Shown in pieces: positions 11,401 through 21,672 of a stretch of DNA of 64,000 nt. Positions within the stretch are counted from its first letter, which is position 1. Each line of letters starts with the position of its first letter. Below the pieces are notes generated by a model. It was not told where the DNA came from. It ran no database searches and saw nothing but the letters and a program-made list of their open reading frames with translations. Both the position numbers and the translations under genes were made by a program. Origin of the DNA: an uncultured Holophagales bacterium (GTDB lineage Bacteria; Acidobacteriota; Thermoanaerobaculia; Multivoradales; UBA5704); contig CAWJGT010000003.1 in NCBI GenBank assembly GCA_963842525.1, positions 864,001 to 928,000 on the forward strand, in the 5' to 3' direction.

Positions 11401-11418
11401 GAGCTCACGCAGAGCCCG

Positions 11419-11490
11419 CTGGGAGCGCCGGCATCCTGCCGGCCGAGTCACCAAAAGCGAAATAAGAAGCCGGCAGGGATGCCGGCGTCC
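11419..11490. repeat. REP-like inverted palindrome pair
   Basis: GCCGGCATCCTGCCGGC ... GCCGGCAGGGATGCCGGC. Confidence 0.7.
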
Positions 11491-11580
11491 GGCGAGCCGG
11501 CACAGCTCGCCATAGACCAGAGGCATGAGCTTTTCGAGAGCATCGAGAGCATGCTCGCCTTGACGCGGGACCGCAGACAT
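11490..11580 (-). pseudogene. N-terminal fragment of an ECF sigma factor (TIGR02999-like), truncated at the REP
   Basis: ALEKLMPLVYGELCRLA matches the L.PLVY.EL..LA motif of this ECF family. Confidence 0.6.
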
Positions 11581-11699
11581 GCTAAAAAGTTAAGCGAAAC
11601 CATTCTCGAAGAGGGCGTGCCATGCCTGGATCCTTGGTCCAAAAAGCTTGTGCCACATCGCTCTGTCTTCTCGCGGGAGCCACCAGCGCGGGTACGGCG

Positions 11700-14423
11700 A
11701 TGAGGTGTGCGGTGCTCCTCGGTGTTTCGGCGGCAGGGCTCTGGGCGGGGTGGCCTTCGCCCGGAGGGCCGGGCGACCTGGGGACGATCCGGGTGCAGCT
11801 GGCCGGAAACGTCCCAGGCGACCGATTCACGTCGGTGCGCTTCGAGAGCCTTCAGGGGACGACCGTCGTGGACAGCCGGATCGTCACGCCGAAACCCGTC
11901 ACCCTGCCGAGCGGAAGCACGGTCATGGAGGGCGACGCGCGCTTCGGGCTGCGCGCCGGTAAATACGCGGTCTCCGCCACGGCTATCGACGCAAACGGGC
12001 TTCCGGTGGCCGCCTGCATGTCGACGACGACCACGGCCAGCGTCGCCGCCGGTCGCACCACGGAGGTCACGCTAGGCGTTCTTTGCGTCGGAGCGGGCAG
12101 CGGCGCGACCACGAACCTGATCGAGGTCGTCCTTCCCCGCGAGAGTCCGCCGGTGATCACCGGCCTTTCGATCCAGCCGACGGGAACGATCGTGACGGGT
12201 CAGCCGGTCAACCTGGCGGTCTTCGCGGCAGCGTCGGCCGGAACCACTCCACTCGCGTATCGGTGGGCGGTGGCGGCGAGCCCGGCCCGCGTCCCGCCGA
12301 GCCTGACGCCGTACTCCGATCTGGCGAACTTCTCGGCGAGCGTGGCCGGTGACTACCGACTGACGGTCAGCGTCACGGACACCAGGGGGCAGATCGCCAC
12401 CGCGAATGTTCCCATTCACGTCACGCCTGGCCCCGAGCCGCCGCCGCCCCCGCTGGCGCTGTCCACCCAGCGCCCGTGCCACACGGGAAACGAAACGCTG
12501 GAAGAGTTCGCCGCGCGCTGCGACAAGGCGATGGGAGGCGTCAGCGTCCCAGAGTTCGATTGCGACGACTCCGACAACACCGAGCCGCCACGCCAGAAAG
12601 ACGGCCCCGGCAGCACGTGCAGCGCGCCGAACGTCCTGAACCACGAGTGCGATCACGGGAGCCACTTCCGCGTCCTTCACCGCAACGAGAGCAACGACGG
12701 CGTCTACATCGTCGCTCACTGTCGAAAGCGCGGACATTCGGGAAGCAACTACGGCGACATCGCCGTCATTCAGTACAACGCGAACAACGGCGCCACGTGC
12801 TACTATCAGGCGCTCGGGACTCTCCCCCACAAAGCGCCGGCGCCCAAGAACGGCACGGGCTCGTTCTGGCTGACCCCCGCAGGAACCGTCGCCGCCGATC
12901 CCTGTGTCTCGTGCCACGACAACGGCCCGTTCGTTCGCTCACCGTATCTCGCGCAGCTGGGCGAGGTGTGGCCGTTCTACGACGACGAGAACAATGGGTT
13001 GAACCCCAACAAGCCGAACCTGTCGGCGGCCGACAAAAACTACCTGCCGGGCACGCTGCAGGGCGACCTTTACGGCCCGTGGAACCAGTCCATGCCCTAC
13101 AGCTTCGTCGGGTTGAACTTCCAGGACTGGAAGGCGTACTCGATCAAGAGTCTCGACGGGACCTGCACCGCCTGTCACCGCATGGGAGCGAGCAAGTCGG
13201 CCGGCTTCTGGAACTCGGGCCGCGGCACCGCCATGGAGTTGGGGATCCTGGCGACCGCCACGACCCAGGCGAACAAGGTGGCGCACGGCACGCTCGACCC
13301 CGGGAACACCTCGCCCATCTGGATGACGCCCGGGCAGCTGAAGTTCAATCAGGCGGCGGCGGATTCGACGGACGCCATGCGGAAGTGTGCCGAGAGCATC
13401 GTGGCCGGCAAGCCGCTCGAGGGGTGCTCGGCTACGCTCCTCGCGCAGGGCGACACCTGTCCTCCGCCGCCCATCACGGTGAACGGCTCCACCGTCGCCA
13501 AGGATCCGACGAGCTGGCACGGTAGCGGCAAGACGCCGCTCGGCCAGCCGGACGGGCGCATTGGCTTCTACGCCTTCACCTCGCTTCACGGGCCGTTCTA
13601 CCAGAACTCGGCCTGGGAGGCGTACATGAACAAGCCCCCGGCGGTCGCCAACCCGGCCTGGGATCCGCCCAACCAGGCGCCCAACTTCAAAGGCACCTAC
13701 CTGCGCATCTACATCGAGCCGCCCGGTCAGTGGATGGTGGCGTGGGGGCTGGACGCGACCGACCTCCAGAACAACAACAACAACCCGCCGCCGCCGGGAG
13801 GGCCCGGGGGGGACATCGACGGCCTGGCGTTCGACGAGATCGACTCGGTCCCGGATCCCACCAAGTGCAACAACGGCTACACGTCGACCGGGGACATGAC
13901 CGGCACGGGCAGCCCCCTGAGCGCGACGATCGACAATCCGCAGGGAGTCCGCGCCGCCATCCTCACGGGCTTCATCGGCAACGTGTCCCGCCTCGGCGGC
14001 GCGGCGTCGGGAGGCGCGGCGGCGTCGGTCTTGCAGATCAAGGACACCGGCGGCGCGACGGTCCTCTCGCAGACGCACAACAACAGCCCCAATCCGGCGG
14101 TCAACCAGTGGTTCACGGCGGAATCGTGGGCGGGAGGGTGCACGGGCTGGCAGGCTTCCGCGCACTACGCCGTGCAACACAAGAAATCGACGAGCGACGT
14201 CGTGCTGGTGGACGCGGCCACGGCGCCGAACGTCTTCTGCTACATCGATGGCATCGCCGGCAACTGGGCGCAGTGGCAATCCGACGGAAAGGGCGGATCG
14301 ATCCAGCCCTACGCCCAGATCTACCAGGACGCCTCGACCGGCGTTCACTTGAAGGTGTGGCCGACCGGGTCGGAGTCGACCGGCGTGTCGGCCTATGCGA
14401 GCTGTCTCTACCTGAAGAAATGA
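11700..14423 (+). CDS. Large secreted Cys-rich protein with Ig/PKD-like region and two CxxCH heme-binding motifs
   Basis: Hydrophobic N-terminus; GDYRLTVSVTD PKD-like strand; CVSCH at about 12903 and CTACH at about 13164; uninterrupted ORF of about 900 aa. Confidence 0.75.
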   Translation: MRCAVLLGVSAAGLWAGWPSPGGPGDLGTIRVQLAGNVPGDRFTSVRFESLQGTTVVDSRIVTPKPVTLPSGSTVMEGDARFGLRAGKYAVSATAIDANGLPVAACMSTTTTASVAAGRTTEVTLGVLCVGAGSGATTNLIEVVLPRESPPVITGLSIQPTGTIVTGQPVNLAVFAAASAGTTPLAYRWAVAASPARVPPSLTPYSDLANFSASVAGDYRLTVSVTDTRGQIATANVPIHVTPGPEPPPPPLALSTQRPCHTGNETLEEFAARCDKAMGGVSVPEFDCDDSDNTEPPRQKDGPGSTCSAPNVLNHECDHGSHFRVLHRNESNDGVYIVAHCRKRGHSGSNYGDIAVIQYNANNGATCYYQALGTLPHKAPAPKNGTGSFWLTPAGTVAADPCVSCHDNGPFVRSPYLAQLGEVWPFYDDENNGLNPNKPNLSAADKNYLPGTLQGDLYGPWNQSMPYSFVGLNFQDWKAYSIKSLDGTCTACHRMGASKSAGFWNSGRGTAMELGILATATTQANKVAHGTLDPGNTSPIWMTPGQLKFNQAAADSTDAMRKCAESIVAGKPLEGCSATLLAQGDTCPPPPITVNGSTVAKDPTSWHGSGKTPLGQPDGRIGFYAFTSLHGPFYQNSAWEAYMNKPPAVANPAWDPPNQAPNFKGTYLRIYIEPPGQWMVAWGLDATDLQNNNNNPPPPGGPGGDIDGLAFDEIDSVPDPTKCNNGYTSTGDMTGTGSPLSATIDNPQGVRAAILTGFIGNVSRLGGAASGGAAASVLQIKDTGGATVLSQTHNNSPNPAVNQWFTAESWAGGCTGWQASAHYAVQHKKSTSDVVLVDAATAPNVFCYIDGIAGNWAQWQSDGKGGSIQPYAQIYQDASTGVHLKVWPTGSESTGVSAYASCLYLKK

Positions 14424-14444
14424 CCGTTCACCAACACGCGGATC

Positions 14445-14590
14445 GGGCCCGCCGCCGGCATGGCCCCGGGGTACAAACCCTGCGAGAGTGGTGGATTTCC
14501 TGCGTCCCTTCGGGACTTGGGGATGTTTGGGATGGCCTACCTGGGGTTGAAAACCCCAGGCTTCATGCCTGTGCCCCTTCGGGGCTCCGA
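14445..14590. repeat. REP-like palindromic cluster
   Basis: GTCCCTTCGGGAC, CCTGGGGTTGAAAACCCCAGG and GCCCCTTCGGGGC hairpins. Confidence 0.7.
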
Positions 14591-14600
14591 AGGCACCTTA

Positions 14601-14749
14601 GAGCGGGCGAAGCCGGCGCCATCCCGGTCGGAGCCCTCTTTGCCCAGGCGGTCGAGGACGCGCTGGCGATCCCCGGCCTGGAGATCCTGGAGATCCCCCT
14701 GAAGCCCAGCCGGCTGTGGGAGATCGCCGAGGCCGCGGCAGCGGATTGA
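14601..14749 (+). repeat. Direct repeat, copy 2: orphan 3' end of the large-subunit gene with a different tail (AEAAAAD*)
   Basis: 14601-14726 matches 11078-11203, then an alternative C-terminus and TGA. Confidence 0.92.
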
Positions 14750-14760
14750 AGGCCGTCGTA

Positions 14761-14789
14761 TTGATGGGCGGGCAGCGTTCAGATAGAAT
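14761..14789 (+). promoter_or_regulatory. Sigma70-type promoter of the RiPP locus
   Basis: TTGATG-N17-TAGAAT about 100 bp upstream of the precursor. Confidence 0.7.
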
Positions 14790-14890
14790 TCACTCATGAT
14801 AGCAATGCAGGCATGGCTTCTGGGAGAACGTGAGGGCTGCAAACCGGCGGTCCTGCCACGGCGCTCCGCCCCTTCTGAAAGGAGAACGCA

Positions 14891-15076
14891 GTGAAGAGAA
14901 AGGTTGGCAAGAAGCTGGGCCTGAGCAAGGAGACGCTCCGCACCCTGGACGAGCTGACTCTCCAGGCGGCGGCGGGCGGCGTCTTTACCGACCGCACCAA
15001 CGCGTGTTCGGTCTGTACCGCGTGCGCGAGCTGCTTCGACACCTGCATCGCGAACACCGAGGGGGTCTGCTGCTAG
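14891..15076 (+). CDS. lanA: Lanthipeptide-like RiPP precursor (30-aa leader + 31-aa Cys-rich core)
   Basis: RBS GAAAGGAGA + GTG start; leader LGLSKETLRTL (LxLxKx5L) ending AAAGG; core VFTDRTNACSVCTACASCFDTCIANTEGVCC; directly upstream of lanC genes. Confidence 0.88.
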   Translation: MKRKVGKKLGLSKETLRTLDELTLQAAAGGVFTDRTNACSVCTACASCFDTCIANTEGVCC

Positions 15077-15094
15077 CCAGCGCCCCGCATCTGT

Positions 15095-15128
15095 CCGGCC
15101 GCCAGACTGGAACCGCTCTGGCGGCCGG
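15095..15128 (+). terminator. 12-bp stem-loop after the precursor (attenuator or mRNA stabiliser)
   Basis: CCGGCCGCCAGA-N10-TCTGGCGGCCGG between precursor and lanC1. Confidence 0.65.
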
Positions 15129-15149
15129 GCTTCTAACCGCACACTGAAC

Positions 15150-16448
15150 ATGAGTCTGTGGCAGCCGCTTCTTTCCGCATCCCAGGCGGAGCAAGCCCTC
15201 GGGTTGGCGGAGGAGATCGCCCACGCCCTCGAAGCGCTTTCGCGCGACCGGCAGCAGCTCGCCGCAGACCCTGTCTCGCTGGCCAACGGCATGCCCGGCA
15301 GCATCCTCTTCTTCGCCTATCTTGACCAGGCGCGGCCGGAGGGCGGTTGGGGAGACCTGGCGGTCGAGGTCTTCGAGACGGCGATCGACGAGATGGCCGG
15401 CCTGCCGGCCGATCCGGGCCTCTATGCCGGATTCACGGGAATGGCCTGGGTTCACGAGCACCTGCAGGACTGGTTTCTCGATGGGAGCGACGACACAGGA
15501 GCGGACATTGCCGCTGCTGTGGAGAAGGCCCTGTCGGTTCCCTGGAGCGATTATGACCTCATCCAGGGCCTCGTCGGGATGGGCGTCTATGCTCTGGAGC
15601 GGCTGCCGCGGCCCGGGGCGGAACGGTGCCTGCGGCGCGTCGTGGCCCGCCTTTCCGAGCTGGCGGAGCTGCAGGCCGGCACTGCGGCCTGGCGGATCCC
15701 CGCCGACCTCGTCCCGCCGGACCGGCGCGACTGGTTTCCGCAAGGCTTCTTCTTCACGGGCGTCGCCCACGGGGCTGCCGGAGTGATCTCTCTGCTGTCC
15801 GCGGCACACGCCGCGGGGGTGGAGGCCCGGCCGCTGCTCGATGCGGCTGTCCGGTGGCTCCTCGCCCAGCGGTTGCCGCCGGGTGCAGGCTCGGCCTTTT
15901 CCTACGAGACCGCGCCCGAGGTCGTGCCGGGTGCGCCCTTCCCGCGTCCGACCCGTCTGGCTTGGTGCCACGGGGATCCTGGAATTTCGGCCGCTCTGCT
16001 CGGCGCCGCTCGGCGTGCCGGCGAGCCCGCCTGGGAGCGTGAGGCGCTCGGGCTGGCGCGAGCCGCCGCGGCGCGCAGCGGGTCCGAGAAGTCCATTGCC
16101 GACGCGGGCCTCTGCCACGGCAGCGGCGGGCTGCTTCACCTCTTCAACCGGATGTACCAGGCCACTGGAGACCCCGCTCTGGGGGACGCGGCCCGGTTCT
16201 GGTTCGACCGGACGCTCGCCCTGAGGCGCCCTGGCGAGGGGGTCGCCGGCTTCCTGTCCTGGGAGATCGACGCGCAGGGCAACTCCGGCGGCCTGGCCGC
16301 TCCGGGATTCCTCACGGGAGCCGCAGGCATCGGCCTCGCCCTCCTGGCCGCCGCGACGCCGGTCGAGCCGGCCTGGGACCGTGTGCTGCTGACCTCGATT
16401 CCGCCCCGGCAGGAGGCAGACCGCCCGTGCCCTCCTCAAGCCTCGTGA
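15150..16448 (+). CDS. lanC: LanC-like lanthionine cyclase 1
   Basis: YDLIQGLVG, GVAHGAAG, RLAWCHGDPG, GLCHGSGG, GFLTGAAG; Zn ligands and catalytic His present. Confidence 0.92.
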   Translation: MSLWQPLLSASQAEQALGLAEEIAHALEALSRDRQQLAADPVSLANGMPGSILFFAYLDQARPEGGWGDLAVEVFETAIDEMAGLPADPGLYAGFTGMAWVHEHLQDWFLDGSDDTGADIAAAVEKALSVPWSDYDLIQGLVGMGVYALERLPRPGAERCLRRVVARLSELAELQAGTAAWRIPADLVPPDRRDWFPQGFFFTGVAHGAAGVISLLSAAHAAGVEARPLLDAAVRWLLAQRLPPGAGSAFSYETAPEVVPGAPFPRPTRLAWCHGDPGISAALLGAARRAGEPAWEREALGLARAAAARSGSEKSIADAGLCHGSGGLLHLFNRMYQATGDPALGDAARFWFDRTLALRRPGEGVAGFLSWEIDAQGNSGGLAAPGFLTGAAGIGLALLAAATPVEPAWDRVLLTSIPPRQEADRPCPPQAS

Positions 16449-17761
16449 GCCAGGACCCTCCTGCTGCGGACTGGCGTCCCCTGCTCTCCGGCGACCTCGC
16501 GGAGCAGGCCCTCGCGGCAGTCGACCACATCGCCGCGGACCTCCGGCGCGCAGCCGTCTCCAGCGCTCCGCCTGAGCCTCTGCCGCTCAACCGGATGCGT
16601 TTCTCGCTGTCCGGCGGTCTGGCCGGCCAGGCGCTGTTTTTCGCCTACCTCGATCATGCCCGTCCCGGCGAGGGCCACGACGAGACCGCGGTGGAGCTGC
16701 TCGAGAAGGCTTTCGACGACCTGGGCGAGACCGAGGCGGCACCCGGGCTCTGCAGCGGTTTCACCGGGGTCGCCTGGACGGTCGAGCACCTCCGCGGCCG
16801 GCTGTTCGACGTCGACGGCGAGGATGCCGGCGCAGAGATTGCCGCCACCCATGCGCGCCTCCTCGACTGCACCCCCTGGCCGCTGGAATTCGATCTGATC
16901 AGTGGCCTCGTCGGCCATGGCATCTACGCCCTGGAGCGGATGCCGCGCCCGCTGGGACGCGAATGCCTCGAATTCACCCTGGCGCGGCTGGCGGAGAGCG
17001 CCGAGCGCGGACCCCGGGGCGCGGCGTGGTGGACGCCGCCGAGGCTGATGACGGGGCACAAACGAGACGAGGCACCTGAAGGTCTGTACGACCTGGGCAT
17101 CGCGCACGGCAACCCCGGGGTGATCGCCCTGCTCGGCGAGGCCTGCTCCCGCGGCGTGGCGGTGGAGGTGGCCCAGCCTCTGCTCGCGGAAGCGGTGGCC
17201 TGGCTGTTGGAGCAGCAGAATCCCCCGGGATCAGGTTCCCGCTTTCCTCGCTGGATCGCGCCTGGCGACGAGGCCGGGGAGACCCGCGTCGCCTGGTGCT
17301 ATGGCGATCTCGGGATCGCGGCGGCACTGCTGGGAGCTGCCCGCGGGGCGGGCGAGCCGGACTGGGAACGGACGGCTCGCGGTCTCGCCCGCGGCGCGGC
17401 GGCTCGCTCTTTCGAGAGCGCGGGTGCCATCGACGCGGGGCTCTGCCACGGCGCCGCCGGCAATGCCCACCTCTTCAACCGCCTGTTCCAGGCGACCGGT
17501 GATCCTCTTCTCGGCGAGGCCGCGCGGGCGTGGGCCGAGCGTGCGCTGAGCATGAGATGCCCAGGCGAGGGGATCGGTGGCTTCCTCAGTTGGGTCCCCA
17601 ATGCGCGCCTCGAGCGCGGGTGGCAGAGCGACCCCGGCTTTCTCACCGGCGCTGCGGGCATCGGGCTGGCCCTCCTCGCCGCCGCGACCCCCATCGAGCC
17701 TGCCTGGGACCGCGCGCTGCTGGTTTCGGTGCCGCCCCGGATCGTGATACGCAGCAGCTAG
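16427..17761 (+). CDS. lanC: LanC-like lanthionine cyclase 2
   Basis: FDLISGLVG, GIAHGNPG, RVAWCYGDLG, GLCHGAAG, GFLTGAAG. Confidence 0.92.
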   Translation: MPSSSLVSQDPPAADWRPLLSGDLAEQALAAVDHIAADLRRAAVSSAPPEPLPLNRMRFSLSGGLAGQALFFAYLDHARPGEGHDETAVELLEKAFDDLGETEAAPGLCSGFTGVAWTVEHLRGRLFDVDGEDAGAEIAATHARLLDCTPWPLEFDLISGLVGHGIYALERMPRPLGRECLEFTLARLAESAERGPRGAAWWTPPRLMTGHKRDEAPEGLYDLGIAHGNPGVIALLGEACSRGVAVEVAQPLLAEAVAWLLEQQNPPGSGSRFPRWIAPGDEAGETRVAWCYGDLGIAAALLGAARGAGEPDWERTARGLARGAAARSFESAGAIDAGLCHGAAGNAHLFNRLFQATGDPLLGEAARAWAERALSMRCPGEGIGGFLSWVPNARLERGWQSDPGFLTGAAGIGLALLAAATPIEPAWDRALLVSVPPRIVIRSS

Positions 17762-17920
17762 GCCGCGACCAGAATGCGTGCGACAGCCTCGTCGATGGCG
17801 TGTCCGGCCGCCTTCTGAAAGAAAGTGAAGCCGGGCGAAGGGTTCACCTCGAAGCAGTACCAGGTCCCCTCCGGGGTGCGGCGCAGGTCGATGCCGGCCA
17901 GGCTGACGCCCAGGGCGCGC
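17758..17920 (-). pseudogene. C-terminal remnant of a RimK-like ATP-grasp ligase
   Basis: Manual translation: RALGVSLAGIDLRRTPEGTWYCFEVNPSPGFTFFQKAAGHAIDEAVARILVAA*; upstream in-frame stop and no start codon. Confidence 0.75.
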
Positions 17921-17976
17921 CTGTTCCCATAGGCTCCGGGAAGGGAAATCTGTTACAACAATTGCGGCACGAGCCT

Positions 17977-19464
<1,488 letters not shown>

Positions 19465-19519
19465 GTCGGGGCCTATCTTAGCCGCACTGCGGAGCGTCTG
19501 GCGGCGTTACACTAGTCGC

Positions 19520-19917
19520 ATGGTGCAGATCGCCTTCGTGACACTGTTCCTCGGGCTGACGGTCGGATCGCAGCCCATCGAGCTGACGGTCTCCCGCCCG
19601 GTCGCCGCCGTGGAGCTGCTCCTGCTGGTGCTCGCCGGAGGGCCCGACGGGAGCCGCACCGATCCCGCACTGGTGCGCCACTACCTGGAGCAGATCCGTG
19701 TCCCGCTCTATGTCTGGTCCGCCGCCGGGAAGCTTCCCCGGCGGCGTGGAGCTCTGTCGAAGACGTCTCGACCCTCCCCAAGCTCACCAAGGCTTTCCAG
19801 AAGATCGAGGAGGACTTGAAGTCCCAGACCCTGATCTGGGTGGACGGCCGCCACCTGCCGCAATCGATCACGCTCTCCCCAGCCGCGGCCGAGGTGGTCG
19901 AGCTGCTGGGGCCCTGA
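19520..19917 (+). pseudogene. Internally deleted, diverged copy of the downstream gene
   Basis: MVQIAFVTLFLGL...VELLL fused directly to LVLAG...LVRHYL...VDGRHLPQSITLSPAAAEVVELLG. Confidence 0.8.
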
Positions 19918-19922
19918 GCGCG

Positions 19923-21287
19923 ATGGTCCAGATCGCGTTCCTTTCGCTCTTCCTCGGGCTGACGCTCGGACCGCAGCCGGTCGAGCTGACGGTCGGCGGC
20001 CCGGTCGCCGCGGTCGAGCTGCTGCTCGACGGCAAGCCGGCCGGCCGCCTTCAGGGGCCGCCCTGGACCGGGCAGATCGACTTCGGGCCTCATCTGGAGC
20101 CCCACGAGTTGGTGGCGCGGGCCCTCGACGACAAAGGCCAGGAGGTCGGGCGGGCGAGCCAGTGGATCAACCTGCCGCGTCCTCCTGCGGAGGTGGAGGT
20201 CCTGCTTGAACGCGGAAGCGATGGACGGGTGACCGCGGCACGTATCAAGTGGCAGAGCCTCACCGGCGAGAGCCCCTCGGGCTATGCCATCGACTTCGAC
20301 GACAAGCATCTGACCGCCGATTCCACCGGCCGCGTGCAGATCCCCGCCTACGATCCGGAGACCAGCCATGTCCTGAGCGTGGAGCTGCGGTTCCCGAAGG
20401 CGATGACGGCGCGCAAAGACCTGGCTTTCGGCGGGCGAGGCAGCGCCGAGATCTCGATGGAGCTCACCGGCGTGCCGGTGCGGCTCCGCAAGGGAAAACG
20501 GCTGCCGCCGCTCGACCGGCTCCAGGGCTGGTTTCTCGCCGGCGGACAGCCTCTCGCCGTGGCTGCGGTCGAGGACGGCCCGGCACAGCTCCTCGTCGTG
20601 CGCGACTTCAAGGCCGGCGAGCCGCTCGCCAGGCTGGGACGGCCGCGGAGCCGGGTGGCGAGGACGGAGGTCGAGAGGGCGCTGGCCGACCCGCAGGTCG
20701 CCCGTTCCCAGATGTCTCTCGGCCTCGAGGACGAGGTCCGCCTCGTCTGGCCCACGGCTACCTCCTATAGCGGCCCCGGCGCGGCAGTGTCCGGCGCGCG
20801 GGCCGATCTCTTCGACATTACCCGCGAGTACACGGCCAGGGACGGCGGCCTCCTCTGGATCCTCGCCCGGACACTGCCGCCCGCCGAGGCTCCGTCGTCC
20901 TCTCAGCGGCTGTCCGACGCCGTGTGCGTCGCCGGGTTGCGCGCTCTGGATGGACACCGGCGGAGGGCGGTCCTGCTGGTCCTGGCGGGGGAGCCGGCCG
21001 ACGGCAGCCAGTCGAGCCCCGCTCTGGTACGGCACTATCTGCAGAAGATCCGGGTCCCGCTCTTCGTCTGGTCCGTCGTGGACCCCGGGGACAAGCCGAC
21101 GCCCGGGCTTGCGGCCTGGGGCGAGGTCGAGGACGCCTCCTCGCTCAACAAGGTCAAGAAAGCGTTCGCGAAGCTGGAGGATGACCTCAAATCGCAGGTC
21201 CTGGTCTGGGTCGACGGCCGGCACCTGCCGCAGTCGATCACCCTGTCACCGGCCGCGGCCGAGGTCGTCGAGCTGCTCGGGCAGTAG
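19923..21287 (+). CDS. Hypothetical protein, N-terminal Ig-like domain and VWA-like C-terminus
   Basis: ATG at 19923; VELLLDG...HELVARALD beta-sandwich pattern; RRAVLLVL VWA-like strand. Confidence 0.6.
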   Translation: MVQIAFLSLFLGLTLGPQPVELTVGGPVAAVELLLDGKPAGRLQGPPWTGQIDFGPHLEPHELVARALDDKGQEVGRASQWINLPRPPAEVEVLLERGSDGRVTAARIKWQSLTGESPSGYAIDFDDKHLTADSTGRVQIPAYDPETSHVLSVELRFPKAMTARKDLAFGGRGSAEISMELTGVPVRLRKGKRLPPLDRLQGWFLAGGQPLAVAAVEDGPAQLLVVRDFKAGEPLARLGRPRSRVARTEVERALADPQVARSQMSLGLEDEVRLVWPTATSYSGPGAAVSGARADLFDITREYTARDGGLLWILARTLPPAEAPSSSQRLSDAVCVAGLRALDGHRRRAVLLVLAGEPADGSQSSPALVRHYLQKIRVPLFVWSVVDPGDKPTPGLAAWGEVEDASSLNKVKKAFAKLEDDLKSQVLVWVDGRHLPQSITLSPAAAEVVELLGQ

Positions 21288-21294
21288 GCCCTTC

Positions 21295-21497
21295 CTGCGG
21301 GCGAGCGTACCGCACCCCGCCGATCTGGGTGATCGCCTGGACGCGGCGGGACAGCTCTTCGCTCGTGAGCTGGCTTTCCGGCAACCCGTCGAAATAGGCG
21401 AGCGCCCGGTCGCCCAGGGAATCCTGGATCTCCAACCGGTCGACCGCTTCCAGCCGGATGCGGAGGTCGCCGAGCATGAAGCCGATCAGGCCCTCGT
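21295..21497 (-). pseudogene. Fragment of a TPR-region protein (kinase/TIR-associated type)
   Basis: EGLIGFMLGDLRIRLEAVDRLEI...ALAYF resembles the post-membrane helix of TPR kinases. Confidence 0.45.
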
Positions 21498-21628
21498 GAA
21501 TGGAGAGGGGGGTGGCCTTCCCTTCCTGAAGGCCCGGGCTAATTCCGACCGCCCCTGCGGGGCTGGCCTGCGGCAGTCCAGGGAGCCTGGGTGCTGGTAG
21601 GCCAGTCTGACAAAGTAGAATTAGGAAG

Positions 21629-21654
21629 GGGCCGGAGCCAGATGGCTCCGGCCC
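21629..21654 (-). terminator. Hairpin terminator of the CHAT/S8 operon
   Basis: GGGCCGGAGCCA-GA-TGGCTCCGGCCC perfect 12-bp stem just past the S8 stop. Confidence 0.65.
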
Positions 21655-21672
21655 AATGGGCTGTCGTTCAGG

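Noticed and set aside
14891-15076. Precursor as a ferredoxin because of CxxCxxC
   Set aside because: It lacks the CP motif and the ferredoxin layout, has a clear RiPP leader, and sits beside lanC genes.
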